DNA from: Craspedostauros australis
Lineage: Eukaryota
Direction: 5' to 3'
NCBI GenBank assembly: GCA_030167865.1
Contig: JALAGF010004075.1
Coordinates: 62,001-126,000, forward strand
DNA length: 64,000 bases
Under the pieces are notes generated by a model. It had not been told where the DNA came from. It worked only from the letters and a program-made list of their open reading frames with translations, and did no database searches. Shown in pieces: positions 10,801-22,209 of the stretch (positions are counted from its first letter, which is position 1; each line of letters begins with the position of its first letter). Position numbers and translations under genes: made by a program.

Positions 10801-13414
10801 ACTCGCGTCTGTTCGATGCGCAACGGCTTTGGGCGCAGCCATCCAACTTCGAGCCGATGCCAGTGTCGGCAGAGACTTGTCGAGATGATCAAGAACCCGG
10901 TGAGGTCACGGGCCAAAATGAACCAACTGAAGGGGCAAGCTCAGCCGAGAAGAGCGTGTCTAACAGCAGTGAGAGTCAGATGATCGATGGCATCCACGGC
11001 GTGAAGGTTGCCCAGGATGCTTCCGCGGAGGCGATTTTTCCAAATGCCCACATCTTGCTGCTCACTTGCCTGCTGCCACAGTACTTGTTCCATATCGAAC
11101 GGTGCCAGACCGTCGTTGCCTTCCGGCAGCACTGCGAACGCAACTTCCCCAACTTGAGCCGGTACTTGAACGAGCTCGATTCGTCGGAGATTGCTGCGGT
11201 CCTCACCTCGGCGAGCAGCAGGGTGGATGGCAACTACGAGAAGTTGGAATGGCTTGGTGATGCCGTCCTCAAGGTAGTCCAGACAGATAGTCTCTTGCAG
11301 TCCACTCAGCTGAGATCGAAGGTTGCATACTTGCACGAAGGCAATCTATCATCATTGCGATCAGGTACGCATGTATTCGGCTACTAGGACAATGAGTTTT
11401 GGGAGCATGTGGCCCTTCGAGGTTTGCGGATTCTTGGGCAGAATTGCGAATTGGTTGGCGCAGTTGCGTATGTGCATGCGTGTATCATCCTCACACGATT
11501 GCTCTCTTCGTTGTTACCATCTTGATCCATACCGTGCAATATGTCGTCACTGTCGCTGACACGTTCCGGTTGGGTGTTGGAATCTACGGGTGCCGCTGTC
11601 TCATCCCTGGCGCACTCCGCAACATCGCAATCGTGTTTTGGGAACCAACATACGTATTACACAGTCATGGGATGCAATCATACATTGGGAAAGGTGAGTT
11701 GGCTTTGCCATGCTGTACTCGTACTCCATCAAATCTGAAGTGAAGAGAGTTGTGCATACCCATCGCTCTCACAATCAGCTCACGATTAATGTTGACTTGT
11801 GCGTCCTCCGTTGTGTTTGCATTACCATCCGCGTGCACTCCGACTCTGTGTCCGACTACCTGATGCATGCCATGTACGTATTTACGAACGAACGTACGTA
11901 CGTATTGCACCACACAACGGGAAATGGGTTTTGTTTGATTCTGATTATACTCGTAAAGCTCTCGAATCATTTCGGGCTCAATCGCTTTGTCATGAGCAAA
12001 CCGATCGCACGAGGGCGATGGGCTCCGAGCTGCATCGACGTTATAGGGGAGGATGGCAGTGTGAAGCGGAACAGCATTGGACAGAAGACAAACGCGGATG
12101 TGGTGGAGGCAATTCTGGGATTGGTGTACTTCCACTTCGGTTATGATGCGTCCATGGAGGTGAGCGACGATCTCTTCCTGAGCTTGCCTCGATCTCCCTT
12201 CAATGCGAATGCGGGTGTCGATCTCGGTGCGAATGCGGCTGATGCGTTTGTTGGACATGAAGACTTGTCAAAGATCGCAACGAAAGCAACAGGGTACGGG
12301 AGTTTCAAGCGTCCAAATCTCCTGCGTGAGGCCTTCACCGATCCAACGGCCGTCGGGGCGTCAGTTCCCAGTTATCAAAGGCTGGAATGGACTGGCGACG
12401 CAACATTGTGCCTGATGGCTCGGGAATGGATCTACCGCAACCGCTCCTCGCTGACTCTGGGCGAGATGGTGATTTTGGAGAATGCCATGGTGACGAATGA
12501 GACGCTGGCATTCCTTTGCATACGGCATGACTTGCACCATCATCTGGACCATTGCGATCAGACGCTGCCGGGGAGGATCGAATCCTACCGCTTCAGCCTT
12601 CTACATGCCAAGCGCGGGTTGTGGGGAGCAGGTGAGTTACAATGGACAGGTGGCGATTAACAAGTGGCAAGTGGTTGTGTGCATGATGAAATATGGCGAA
12701 TCGAGACGAGTTTTAAGAGTGTCACTGATCGTTCCTCACGCTGTGCTCTCTACTTGGCAATACAAATGCCGACGGTGATGTCAATTGACATCGTTGTCTA
12801 CCCGTTGTCTACCCCATTGTCTATCTGCATTTCGTGTATACTCTGAACAGATCCACCCAAGACCATTTCTGACATCGTGGAGGCGTTGTTCGGGGCCGTT
12901 CATGTTGATGGTGGATTCCAGGCAGGTCAGGACGCAATCACCAAGCTGCTGGAGCCCATCCTGGGAGTATTACGAAAGGCATTCACCAACCATTCTCAGA
13001 TCGTCGTCCATCACCCGAAGAAGATCCTCCAGGAGACCATCGGCGATCTGTTTCAGCTGTACAGCCGTCGCGAGGCCACTTTCGCTTCGCTGCACCCGCA
13101 TACTCCAGTTTGGTTCGGCAAGGCATGGGACAAGGCCGACCGGACCGGCGTGTCGTTCATTTCCTCCATCGAGTACTTCGACAAGGTGCTGTTCGCGGCA
13201 TCGGACTCATCGATGATCGTGAGCAGGAATCGCGCCTGCATGATGTTCTGCAAGTCGATCGAGAACAACGCCACGCTGTTCCGCAAGCTCAACGAATGCA
13301 GGACCAAGATCGAGAGCCGTATCTCCTTGGCTGTGGGCGACATCGATTCGGATTCGGATGTGAGTGACGAAGGGGTGGGACCGGATGGTGATGTTGATAT
13401 CACTTCGGATGAAA

Positions 13415-13476
<62 letters not shown>

Positions 13477-13521
13477 GGTGTTCATGCCATGGAAGGAATC
13501 ATGGAAGATGCAGAAGAATGA
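4824..13521 (+). CDS. DCL: Dicer-like ribonuclease (DExD/H helicase - DUF283 - PAZ-like - RNase IIIa - RNase IIIb - dsRBD-like)
   Basis: Frame-consistent GT-AG model: 4824-6009, 6296-6930, 7066-7716, 8001-8646, 8882-9085, 9448-11364, 11665-11693, 11959-12631, 12851-13521. Helicase motifs: PREYQ, HLGTGLGKT, IIDECH, LGLTASP, LIFVEKR, ATAVVEEGVDV, QMKGRAR. DUF283-like 'SLLNRYA...ACIRLHKHGALSDRLLP'; PAZ-like 'FPVTKSGVSTYRDYF'. RNase III signatures EKLEWLGDA/ADVVEAILG and QRLEWTGDA/SDIVEALFGA. Inclusion of exon 1 is the least certain part. Confidence 0.92.
13420..13473 (+). repeat. Perfect (GCT)18 microsatellite encoding poly-Ala near the Dicer C-terminus
   Basis: 18 uninterrupted GCT units read directly from the sequence. 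Confidence 0.95.
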
Positions 13522-13790
13522 CAAGGCTCTGGGTAATCATTTTGATTGTGTACCTATGTTCTATTACATTATATAATACTTTTCTTCCCTTGCTCGAGAC
13601 GCTGTGACATCTGCAGGATGAGTGCATTGGGAAGATGTTGGACATTGGAAGATGAATAAAAGTAGTTGTCTACTGTACAGTCTATTAAATACATCAGAGT
13701 CGATTTGTCTGTTGATGTGATGACACCGACGATTGCTCCCATAACATACAAGTGTTTTCACTCGTAGTGCTCGTACTACTCGCACAGCGT

Positions 13791-14798
13791 TCAGCTTCTC
13801 GTGGCGGCGGACTGGACCACGAGATTGGCGTGCTGCTTGGAAGTCTCGACGGTCATGGCGTTGGTGCGATCGACGACCTCGCAGCGCAGCTCGATCTCCT
13901 CCGGCGTGTATCCTGGAATGCACTTGTTGCGGATCTTGAGTCGCTCCACGCACATGTCGACGTCGGCGTGAACGAAGATGGTCATGTCGAAGTTGTCCTT
14001 GATGGATTCCCACCCGGCATCGTCATGCAGCAGGTACAATCCCTCCGTGATGACGATGCGGTGTTCGTTGCGGTCGAAGAGATGCTCGTTGGGTGTTGGA
14101 TCGCCCTTGGCGTGGTCGAAGCCCGGGACGTGCACGTTGGTCTCCTCGCCGAATCGGATGGTCTCGAGGTCCCTTCGCAGGGCGTCGACGTCGAACGTGT
14201 CCGGTGCGCCGCGGCGGTAGATGAGGTCGTCGGAGTTGTCCATGGAGAGGAGGGTGGAGACGGGGTGATGGTATCCATCGAACGGCATGAGGAGGCAGCC
14301 GAGGTTGGAGAGCATGGCGGTGAGGATGGAGCAGGAGGTGGACTTGCCCGATCCTGGAATTCCGACGACGCCGATCATGAATGGTTGGTTGGACGTGGTG
14401 GCCTTGAGCTGGGCGCGGTTCATGACCTCGCAGCGCACCTGCTCTTCGACGGCGGATTCCCAGGACAGGATCATGCCTTCTGGGATCGCGGACGTGCTTG
14501 GGATGCACTCCTCCTGCAGCGGCGACAGTTCGATGTTGTCGCGTGGCTGCTGCACCTGGTCATTGTCGGCGATGGAGGAGGGTGGAGCAGAAGCAGACGG
14601 AGACGACGAGCTCATCATGTCGTCCGCGAAGGAGACGTGGAGCGGTCCTGCAGATGCAGCAGCCGCTGATGGTGTGGATGCCATGGTGTTCATCGCGACA
14701 AACGTTGTCGGGCGACCATGGAGCGGAGCGAAGCCGTGCACGGCAGATGGCGCGAGGAGGGCTGTGGTGATTGCAAGAAGGTTCATCGTGTTGGTCAT
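13791..14798 (-). CDS. P-loop kinase, phosphoribulokinase/uridine kinase/pantothenate kinase superfamily (YFH7/YggC-like), predicted plastid-targeted
   Basis: Walker A 'GIPGSGKST', 'MPFDGYH', 'RRGAPDTFD', 'PGFDHAKGDP', 'IVITEGLYLL'. Signal peptide ending 'SAVHG-FAP'. Start at 14798 or 14786. Confidence 0.85.
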   Translation of the reverse strand: MTNTMNLLAITTALLAPSAVHGFAPLHGRPTTFVAMNTMASTPSAAAASAGPLHVSFADDMMSSSSPSASAPPSSIADNDQVQQPRDNIELSPLQEECIPSTSAIPEGMILSWESAVEEQVRCEVMNRAQLKATTSNQPFMIGVVGIPGSGKSTSCSILTAMLSNLGCLLMPFDGYHHPVSTLLSMDNSDDLIYRRGAPDTFDVDALRRDLETIRFGEETNVHVPGFDHAKGDPTPNEHLFDRNEHRIVITEGLYLLHDDAGWESIKDNFDMTIFVHADVDMCVERLKIRNKCIPGYTPEEIELRCEVVDRTNAMTVETSKQHANLVVQSAATRS

Positions 14799-15984
14799 TG
14801 TGTTTCTTGTTTTTATGTGAAGTATGGTGGCTGCTGCGATTGCAGTTGGAATTGTTCTTGCGGTTCTGATTGTTGTGAGTTGTCTGATGTGAAAGCAGAT
14901 TGCGATTCGGGTTGCAGCTCGATTTTGTGAGAAATGAGTGCCGATGACTGCAGATGGTTTGATTGTCACAAGACGGTTTCTCATGCGGTTGTGTTCTCAT
15001 GTGCACAGGGCATCTTGATGCGTTTTCCGCTTTGCCACCATGTCAGCCACCGCAATGCCCATTTCTTACCTTCTGCCGACTTTGTTGCGTCTTCTGGAGC
15101 TTGTGCGGGTGATGTTCCTCGCGTTCAGCGAGCAGTCCTGTCCACCATCCTTGACATGCCATGTCATCCACGTGCGTGATGGCACCATTCTTTCTGTCAA
15201 TCGGCGTACTTGCACTCGTTGTCGTAACAGCTACACGTACGCGTACACGTACACGTACGCGTCAAGAGGATTGGGGGAACCAACAACAACAACACCGTTT
15301 CTCTGTCTTGACGTGGACAAAAAGAGAAAGAGAAAGGAGAAGACGAGAAAAGAGGGACGGACACGGAGGCACAAGGACAGAAAGGAGAAGCATTTGGTTG
15401 GTGCGCGGCCTGACGCAAATGCGCCAACGCTTCACGGAGTCGCAGCCAACCAACCATTCCACGCTGGACAAGATTCAACTCCGGAGGACGCTGGAAGCTC
15501 CTCTGAACCTTGGCGCGGTGGCACCGCAATTGCAACCATCAGCGAGACGCAGTTGCGACGTCACGCGTGATTGCGAAGAATCGCGACTGGCTTCTTTCCC
15601 ATCAGCATGTGATGTCATCGTGACGTCGTGTGATACGTTTTGACATCCGAAGTGTCAGCTGACATCGGTGTCAATCCACGACACGCAAGTCTCATCAGCC
15701 AATCACATATGTTCCCAACTTCGCTCCAACCAATTTTATCATTGCTTTTCACGGCTTTTTTCTTCTCGAATTGACATTGTTGTGTTTATTTTTCAACAAA
15801 CGTATTTGCCGTGACTTTCACTGAGATATTGAGAGTTGCGGTAATTCAATATTTTGTCAATATATGATAGCGATGAAACTGTTGCGTGAATTTGTACATG
15901 AATGAAGCAATGAAGGAGTCAACGAACGAGTGATGCCACCAACCCAAGAAGAAGGCACAGAGCATGATCGGCTTCTACTCGTAT

Positions 15985-17544
15985 TTAGTATGAGGTGGAG
16001 GGCTTGACGTAGGCATCAGCAGCCGGAAGTGTTTCCCAGAACGGCGAGTTGTCGCGCAGGTAAGGATGGATGTAGAGTAACGGCCGCAGCACGGAGGCGC
16101 CCAGCTTGCGAGATCGTGCAGGACTCCAGCCCCTTTCCGGGTCCGGGTTGCTGTGGCAGTCCTTGAAGGGCATCTCCAGCGTCAATCCCAGACAATTGAA
16201 ACGGTTCGCAACTTGGTTGGAGCCGATGTTCAGGGTCTTTGCGCTCTCCTCGCGCGTCGCCGGCGGCGTGTAACCGACGTTGGCCTGCATGTCCGAGTTG
16301 GCCCGGCTGTACGCAGCCACGAAGGCTCCATGCAAACCCTCCATCCGCCTGTCCCATGCAGGCACGAGCTCCGCGCCGCTCAAGAAGTTGAATGGCAGCT
16401 CCTCGTCGCCATGGACGTCGAGGAACATGTCCACGCCAGTTTCGTCCATCTTGTTGAGGACGCCGTACACTTCCGGCGAACGCTTCAGCGTCGGTGCATC
16501 ATAATCACCCTTGGGCGCCCACTCTCTGTTGAGGTTGGCGCCGCAGGCGTTGGTGCGCAGGTGTCCGCGCACGCCACCGTCAGGGCACATCGACGGGACG
16601 ATATAGAACGTGTACTTGCTGAGGACCTCTTCGACCTCGGTATCCTTGGCGGCGTCTGTGCCGGAATCCAACAACAGCAGACGCGTGAGCAAACCCTCCG
16701 CGTAGTACTCCGCCATGTGCTCGCCCGGGTGCTGCCGATGGATGATCCAGCAGATCCTGTCGCCGCTGCCAGCCTTGATGCATTCGATGTCGCGTCCATC
16801 CAGCGATTGGCCAAGCACTGTGACGTCAGCAGCGTCGCTGGCCCTGCATTTGGCCACGAGCGCCTTGTGCTGCTCGTAGGTGAAGGACGGGAAGTAGGAG
16901 AAGTAGACCTCGCCATTCTTAGCATGCGGATGCGTCCAAATGAGCTTGCCATCCTCGTACTTGGTGCCCACATTGCGAACCCAGGAGTTGGGATCTGAGA
17001 TGTCCGTCGTCCAGAAGACAGTGCTGCCAGGCCAGGCGGATGGATAGGATACCTTCGACGCGTTGTCGATGATGTATTCAACATCCTGGCCGGCTCCATC
17101 CGCCAGTCCACCGACGGTAGATTTGAACGAGAAGTACTGCATGTGCTCCATTGTCTCCAGCTCCGTGTACGGGTCCGGCTTGACACGCACGGTGATCGAG
17201 ATCTTGTCGTTGCTGTTGTCCTTGCTGCCAGCATCATCAGCAGCCGCCGTCGCTTCCTGTTTCACGAATTCGATGTTGCCGCCATCAAACTTGTCGCAGA
17301 TGTCGATGCTGACACCGACGCTTGCGTCTGCCTGTGATGCCATCTTGAGATGTGAGGATGGCACGAAGCTGGGGCCGTGGTGCAACGATGTGCTTGGCTT
17401 GCTGCCGTCCGCTTGATGAGATCCAACGAATGCTGCTTCGCAGAGGTGGAGGTTGCTGGCACGAGCTAGAAGGCATGCGCAGGATGTGAGGAGGTACCAA
17501 TAGTGGTTGCTTCTGCTGCCACTGGTGCTGCTTCCAGCATGCAT
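15985..17544 (-). CDS. M14 zinc carboxypeptidase (cytosolic carboxypeptidase/Nna1-like, bacterial type) with N-terminal presequence
   Basis: 'FDGGNI', 'RQHPGE' (HxxE), 'CPDGGVRGHLRTNACGANLNREW', 'DVHGDE', 'LTLEMPFKD'. Hydrophobic N-terminus ending 'CEAA-F'. Intronless. Confidence 0.88.
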   Translation of the reverse strand: MHAGSSTSGSRSNHYWYLLTSCACLLARASNLHLCEAAFVGSHQADGSKPSTSLHHGPSFVPSSHLKMASQADASVGVSIDICDKFDGGNIEFVKQEATAAADDAGSKDNSNDKISITVRVKPDPYTELETMEHMQYFSFKSTVGGLADGAGQDVEYIIDNASKVSYPSAWPGSTVFWTTDISDPNSWVRNVGTKYEDGKLIWTHPHAKNGEVYFSYFPSFTYEQHKALVAKCRASDAADVTVLGQSLDGRDIECIKAGSGDRICWIIHRQHPGEHMAEYYAEGLLTRLLLLDSGTDAAKDTEVEEVLSKYTFYIVPSMCPDGGVRGHLRTNACGANLNREWAPKGDYDAPTLKRSPEVYGVLNKMDETGVDMFLDVHGDEELPFNFLSGAELVPAWDRRMEGLHGAFVAAYSRANSDMQANVGYTPPATREESAKTLNIGSNQVANRFNCLGLTLEMPFKDCHSNPDPERGWSPARSRKLGASVLRPLLYIHPYLRDNSPFWETLPAADAYVKPSTSY

Positions 17545-18181
17545 TGCGGTGAATGCTTCGTTCTTCGATGCTGCTCAACAGTCTTGGACCCAGCGTCGGC
17601 AAAGCATCGAGAGTGTGCGGAACGAGTATTGGCGCGAGATGGGATCTCCACGAATTCAATCGAAAGATCGAAACAGGATCAAGAGTTCCACAGATCACAT
17701 CTTCTTGTGTTTCGTGTGCTTTGCCTGTGATGTGATGCGATGCGCTGCGATTCAGTGGGATGAGACAGGATTGACATGTCGGAGGCAGTTTCGCAGCGAT
17801 CATCACTGAAGAACAGATGATGTCTGCAGAATCTGGAATTCAGAACTTCAATCGAGCGGCGCAGCACTTGCTCATTGTCTGATGGGTCTGAGAGGTCGAA
17901 TGGCAAGGAAGGCTATGTAACCAAGACAAGGCCGCGACATTCCAATACACGCAATTCATCTTGGCGATGTTGCCACATGACAAACGATGACGGTGACAAC
18001 ATGAACGGTGATGGTGGTGGCGGCCTCACCAACAGAGGGAATCGGAATACCACTGAGGCTCCTGCCCGTGCCCGGTTGGATTAGTATGTATCAAACACCA
18101 CCAACCTCCACGCGCCTCGCTCAGCTCAAAGCGCCTCTCGGGTCTGCATCACAGATCAGAGGAAGCCGCCCCGATTCTCTA

Positions 18182-18200
18182 CTCTCTCTCTCTCTCTCTC
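18182..18200. repeat. (CT)n microsatellite
   Basis: Direct reading of the sequence. Confidence 0.9.
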
Positions 18201-19433
18201 TTCCTCTGCTTCATTTCCTTCGAGGTCCCATCTTTCGTCTCCGATCAGTTCTCGCGATACAGAGGGGCGAAAGGCAAGAAGACCGTTCCGTTACCTTCCA
18301 CCGCACAGTCATAATTGAACTTGACTCCCCAACTTGCGCATCTTTGCGTGGAGGTAAAGTTCAAGAGTTCTTCTTTTCTGGATTCCGTCGTGGAAGGATC
18401 ACGCCGTGGATGGTACGAACGAGTGACCCAACAAAAAGCAGCTGGCGAAGGAAGAGAGGCGGAAACACAAACAGAGACAGAAAGGTGCCTCCTGAAGTTT
18501 AGCGATCGAGTGGTGATGCAATGGCTCCAAGCGACAACCGCTCGTACGAGCTATGTACTTCTGCTCCCACCCCTTCCCATTGTTGCGCTTGAAGAAAAGG
18601 CGAGATGGTTGCGAATACGTTTGACGTCGTGGAGGCTCTTCACGAACAGGGGTGCGCAATGTTGCCAGATGTCAATGCGCATACAAATACCTACGAATCC
18701 CCAACAACCGAAGGACGAAAATGGGTATTACTCTCGCGAATGGCACCATACATACAAGTGCGGAAAAGATTGCTTCGTAAGAGAAGTATCATGAAAACAG
18801 GACTAGCAAGACAGGAACGAAAGCGGGGGCGACGCTATAACAAAAGCCATGGACGAGGTGAGCGAGGATGCTGATCCTAACTTGTTGTCGTATGCAGATC
18901 TGGCGCTATCACCGATTCCGCTCTCATGTCTGAAAGAGGACGACGGAGAATGCGGTGGCTCTCCACCCAAGCGCAATAGATATGAAGTGGAGTAGAGGAG
19001 AGCAAAGTCAAGCACGTAGTCGTCGCCATGAGGATAGCAAAGACGGTGCTGCCACAGGCGCATGTTCGGAGGTAGCACTCCAACGGAGGAAAGTTTCATA
19101 GTGTGCGGACTCTCTCTCTCTCTGTCTGTCTATCTGTCTGTTCTGGAGTATCGCACGTACGACACATCCAATAGAACTGTTCCACTGTCGTGAGGCGACA
19201 GTTTGTGACAAAACCGACAATGCCGAAGAGTACCGCAACCCCAATAGCGACAGCAATGGCGACGACATCGACATCGACGCGTGGTAAGGGATAGTCATGC
19301 GAAAAGCCGACGAGGGGAAGAGTGGTACGAATACGGACGAAGATACGAATGTGAGGGAGGGAGACGGGGATGATGCGTGCGAGTACTGATTGTTGCAGAG
19401 CATGTATTATATTTTAGTTGCAATGATCTCTCC

Positions 19434-19458
19434 AGAGAGAGAGAGAGAGAGAGAGAGA
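19434..19458. repeat. (AG)n microsatellite
   Basis: Direct reading of the sequence. Confidence 0.9.
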
Positions 19459-22209
19459 ATGTCGGATTGTCAAGCTACGGACATGCGGATACCAAGAGCG
19501 GAGCAACAATGAGCACGGCGAGAGCGGAGCAGAGCAAAACAAAGCGCATCACTTTGTCTGGAGAGTACAGTCCGAGAACAAGACGACAACATGTCCATGC
19601 AAGCAACGTGTTTGTGATTGATGAACCCCATCCATTGCGCAAAATAATCTACTCTGCGACTGTTCTGCTCTCACCGGTTTCCCCTTCTCGTGTCTTGTGT
19701 CGTTCGTTGCCATCTATTCGCCACCCCAACCGACGCGGAGTTCGCAAGTGGTGATGACGCAAGAACGTGCCACGAGCTATGGAGGTTGGACGGGGATGGC
19801 CAGCGAACTCCATGACTTTCACTATCGACAGGACAGAGGGGTTCGCAACTGAGCCTTCGTGAATCAGGGAGGAAAAAAGTCCCGCCGTGGTGTCCAATGC
19901 AATTTCTTCGTGTGATCGGCACGTCAACGCGGCTGGGGAGTACTGCCACGTAACTTGCAATGATAGTTACATTGGGAGAGAGGTATCAGTGTGGCTGTTG
20001 CAACCGTTGTGCGGTGAGTGTCTGATTTCGCCCTCGCCATTCTCACCAAGAGAGTCTGCCAGCGTGGACGCAAAGTGTTGTTTCATGGCGGTTCCTTGAA
20101 GTCCGATCGATGACCCAATCAAACGCGGAATTTTACGCTTCAGCCGCACCAACGGACTGGCGCGAGCGGCACTTTCCGAGACTCCCGCGAATTGGTTTCG
20201 CATTTTCGCGACATGAAACAGATGGGAATTTAACAACAGCTGTTCGCCTCGCAGCATTTATTGATTGCGACATGGTTTGAATGGTGGAAGCTGACACAAC
20301 GATGATCAAACCATCAATATTCTTCGCGAAGCGGGCACGTCGCCGCTTGCTCTCGTCGCGTTATTGTGTGCACAATGTCGAGACACTTTGCTTTTTTGCG
20401 TCACTGGGCCGAGGCGCTCGTGGCGTTGCAAAGGAACCGAGTGCGTTGGCTGTTGCATTTTAATTTTCCCACCCATGTTCTTCCTTTTCGGTGCACCCTG
20501 CTTCTCGCGAATAGTTCCGCCCGTGGTCGGCAACATCGCACTTAACCCCCACTGCTGATGTTGCGTGTCGTTGCTACCGCTGTTCTGGCTGGTGACACTT
20601 CGGTGGCACTTGCCTTGGGGGGCCTGGCTCTCCGACGAAACGACAACGGGCGAGACGCACAAGAGGAAACCAAAGCGCAACAAACAGCGCCTCGGTCTGA
20701 GACCACAACAGAGAATAGAGCGCATACGACCACAAGCCTCAAGGTACAAGGGCCACGAGCACGACACGGCAGTAGTGAAGTACTGGTACAGTACAGGTAG
20801 AGGTACATGGCACAAACGAAACCGAACAGCATTGGCATCGTGCGTGCAGGTCTTTCTCTTCGTCCCGCTTCGCACGCCCATTCCGTCGACACACCTTCGG
20901 ATCCCCCAAACTGCAACAAAGATCACAACAGCACAACAGCAGCAGCAGCAGCAAGGCCAGCCACAACCACTCTCGCAGCCACATTTCGGACCACAGCATC
21001 AACCACAACGACCACCAAGCTCATCTTCAAGGCCCATCTGCCAGACTCATCCGCAGACCCGTCCACAAGTCCAGCTCAAGAAGAAGAATCAGCTCGGCCC
21101 CACCATCGAGCACAAATCCACCACACTCAGGCTCATAGTCAGACTCAGACTCATACTCCAGGGTACCCATCCATTGCAAGCACACCCCAGATCAAGCGCC
21201 ACGACGCCGCACCACACGGATACGAAGCACAAGGACGAGCACAAACACCACGACACCCTTGAAAACCCACAACGGCGCAACACGCAAAGTATCATAACAC
21301 CACATCTCGCGATCTTCTCCTTTCGGCGCTGTTGCTATTGCTGGCTTCATCACAAACACACACCAACGCAAACAACAACAACATACCATATCTGTTGAGG
21401 ATCCTGTGTTCGTGTTCGTACCTTCCCATTCATCATCGAACGGATGCGACTATACCCATCACGTTTTCATCCGTCCAGAGACATCTTCCGTTCCCTTCCG
21501 CAACCCTGCCACTAACCGCATCCTCTTGGGGCCTCGTTGCTCTTGTCCGACCGGCGGAGTGAAGTGATCCCAATCCCCAAAGTCCAAAAAACCTGCTCCC
21601 TTGCGTTCGGCAGGAATCGACGACAAAGCGAACGCAACGTTCACACGAATAACACCAAGAATCAAGTCGCCTCCTGCCCTGTTCGTAGATGCACACAACG
21701 GCAATACCCAGCGGAACCAGGAACACCCACAATACTCCATCAGGGCCAACAGGCAAGCACCCAAGACGATCAATCAAGGAGCCAAGCAATCAAGGAATCA
21801 AGCAACCAACCAACCAGTCCAAAGATCAAACCTGACGAGGAGGCCATTCCCAGTTCTGCTGCACATCCCGCAACTCGAACCCTCCGCGCAACCACGAGCA
21901 GCGTCCCCACTGTCAATACCTTCTCGGTTGACATCGCCTTCGGTGTTTCTTTCCACCCAAGGGGAGATTAGGCATTCGTATCCGTCCCCGGATCCACATC
22001 CGCATTCGTGCCTTCTTCGGGGCCGTTGCTAACTCTTCGACAACACCATACGAACACCAATACAAATACCAACACCAACACCAAAGGAACACTCTCCGCT
22101 GCGCAGAGCGAGCGAGAGCACCATCGACAGAAGACAGCAGACGCAGTCCACATCCAAAACACAACACAACACACAACCAGGGAGGTTGCAGGGAATCCCA
22201 CCCACCACC

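Noticed and set aside
20565-21398. 277-aa ORF with a short poly-Q tract upstream of the Q-rich regulator
   Set aside because: CA-rich low-complexity sequence is stop-poor in several frames; no convincing splice to 22210 found. More likely UTR or intergenic.
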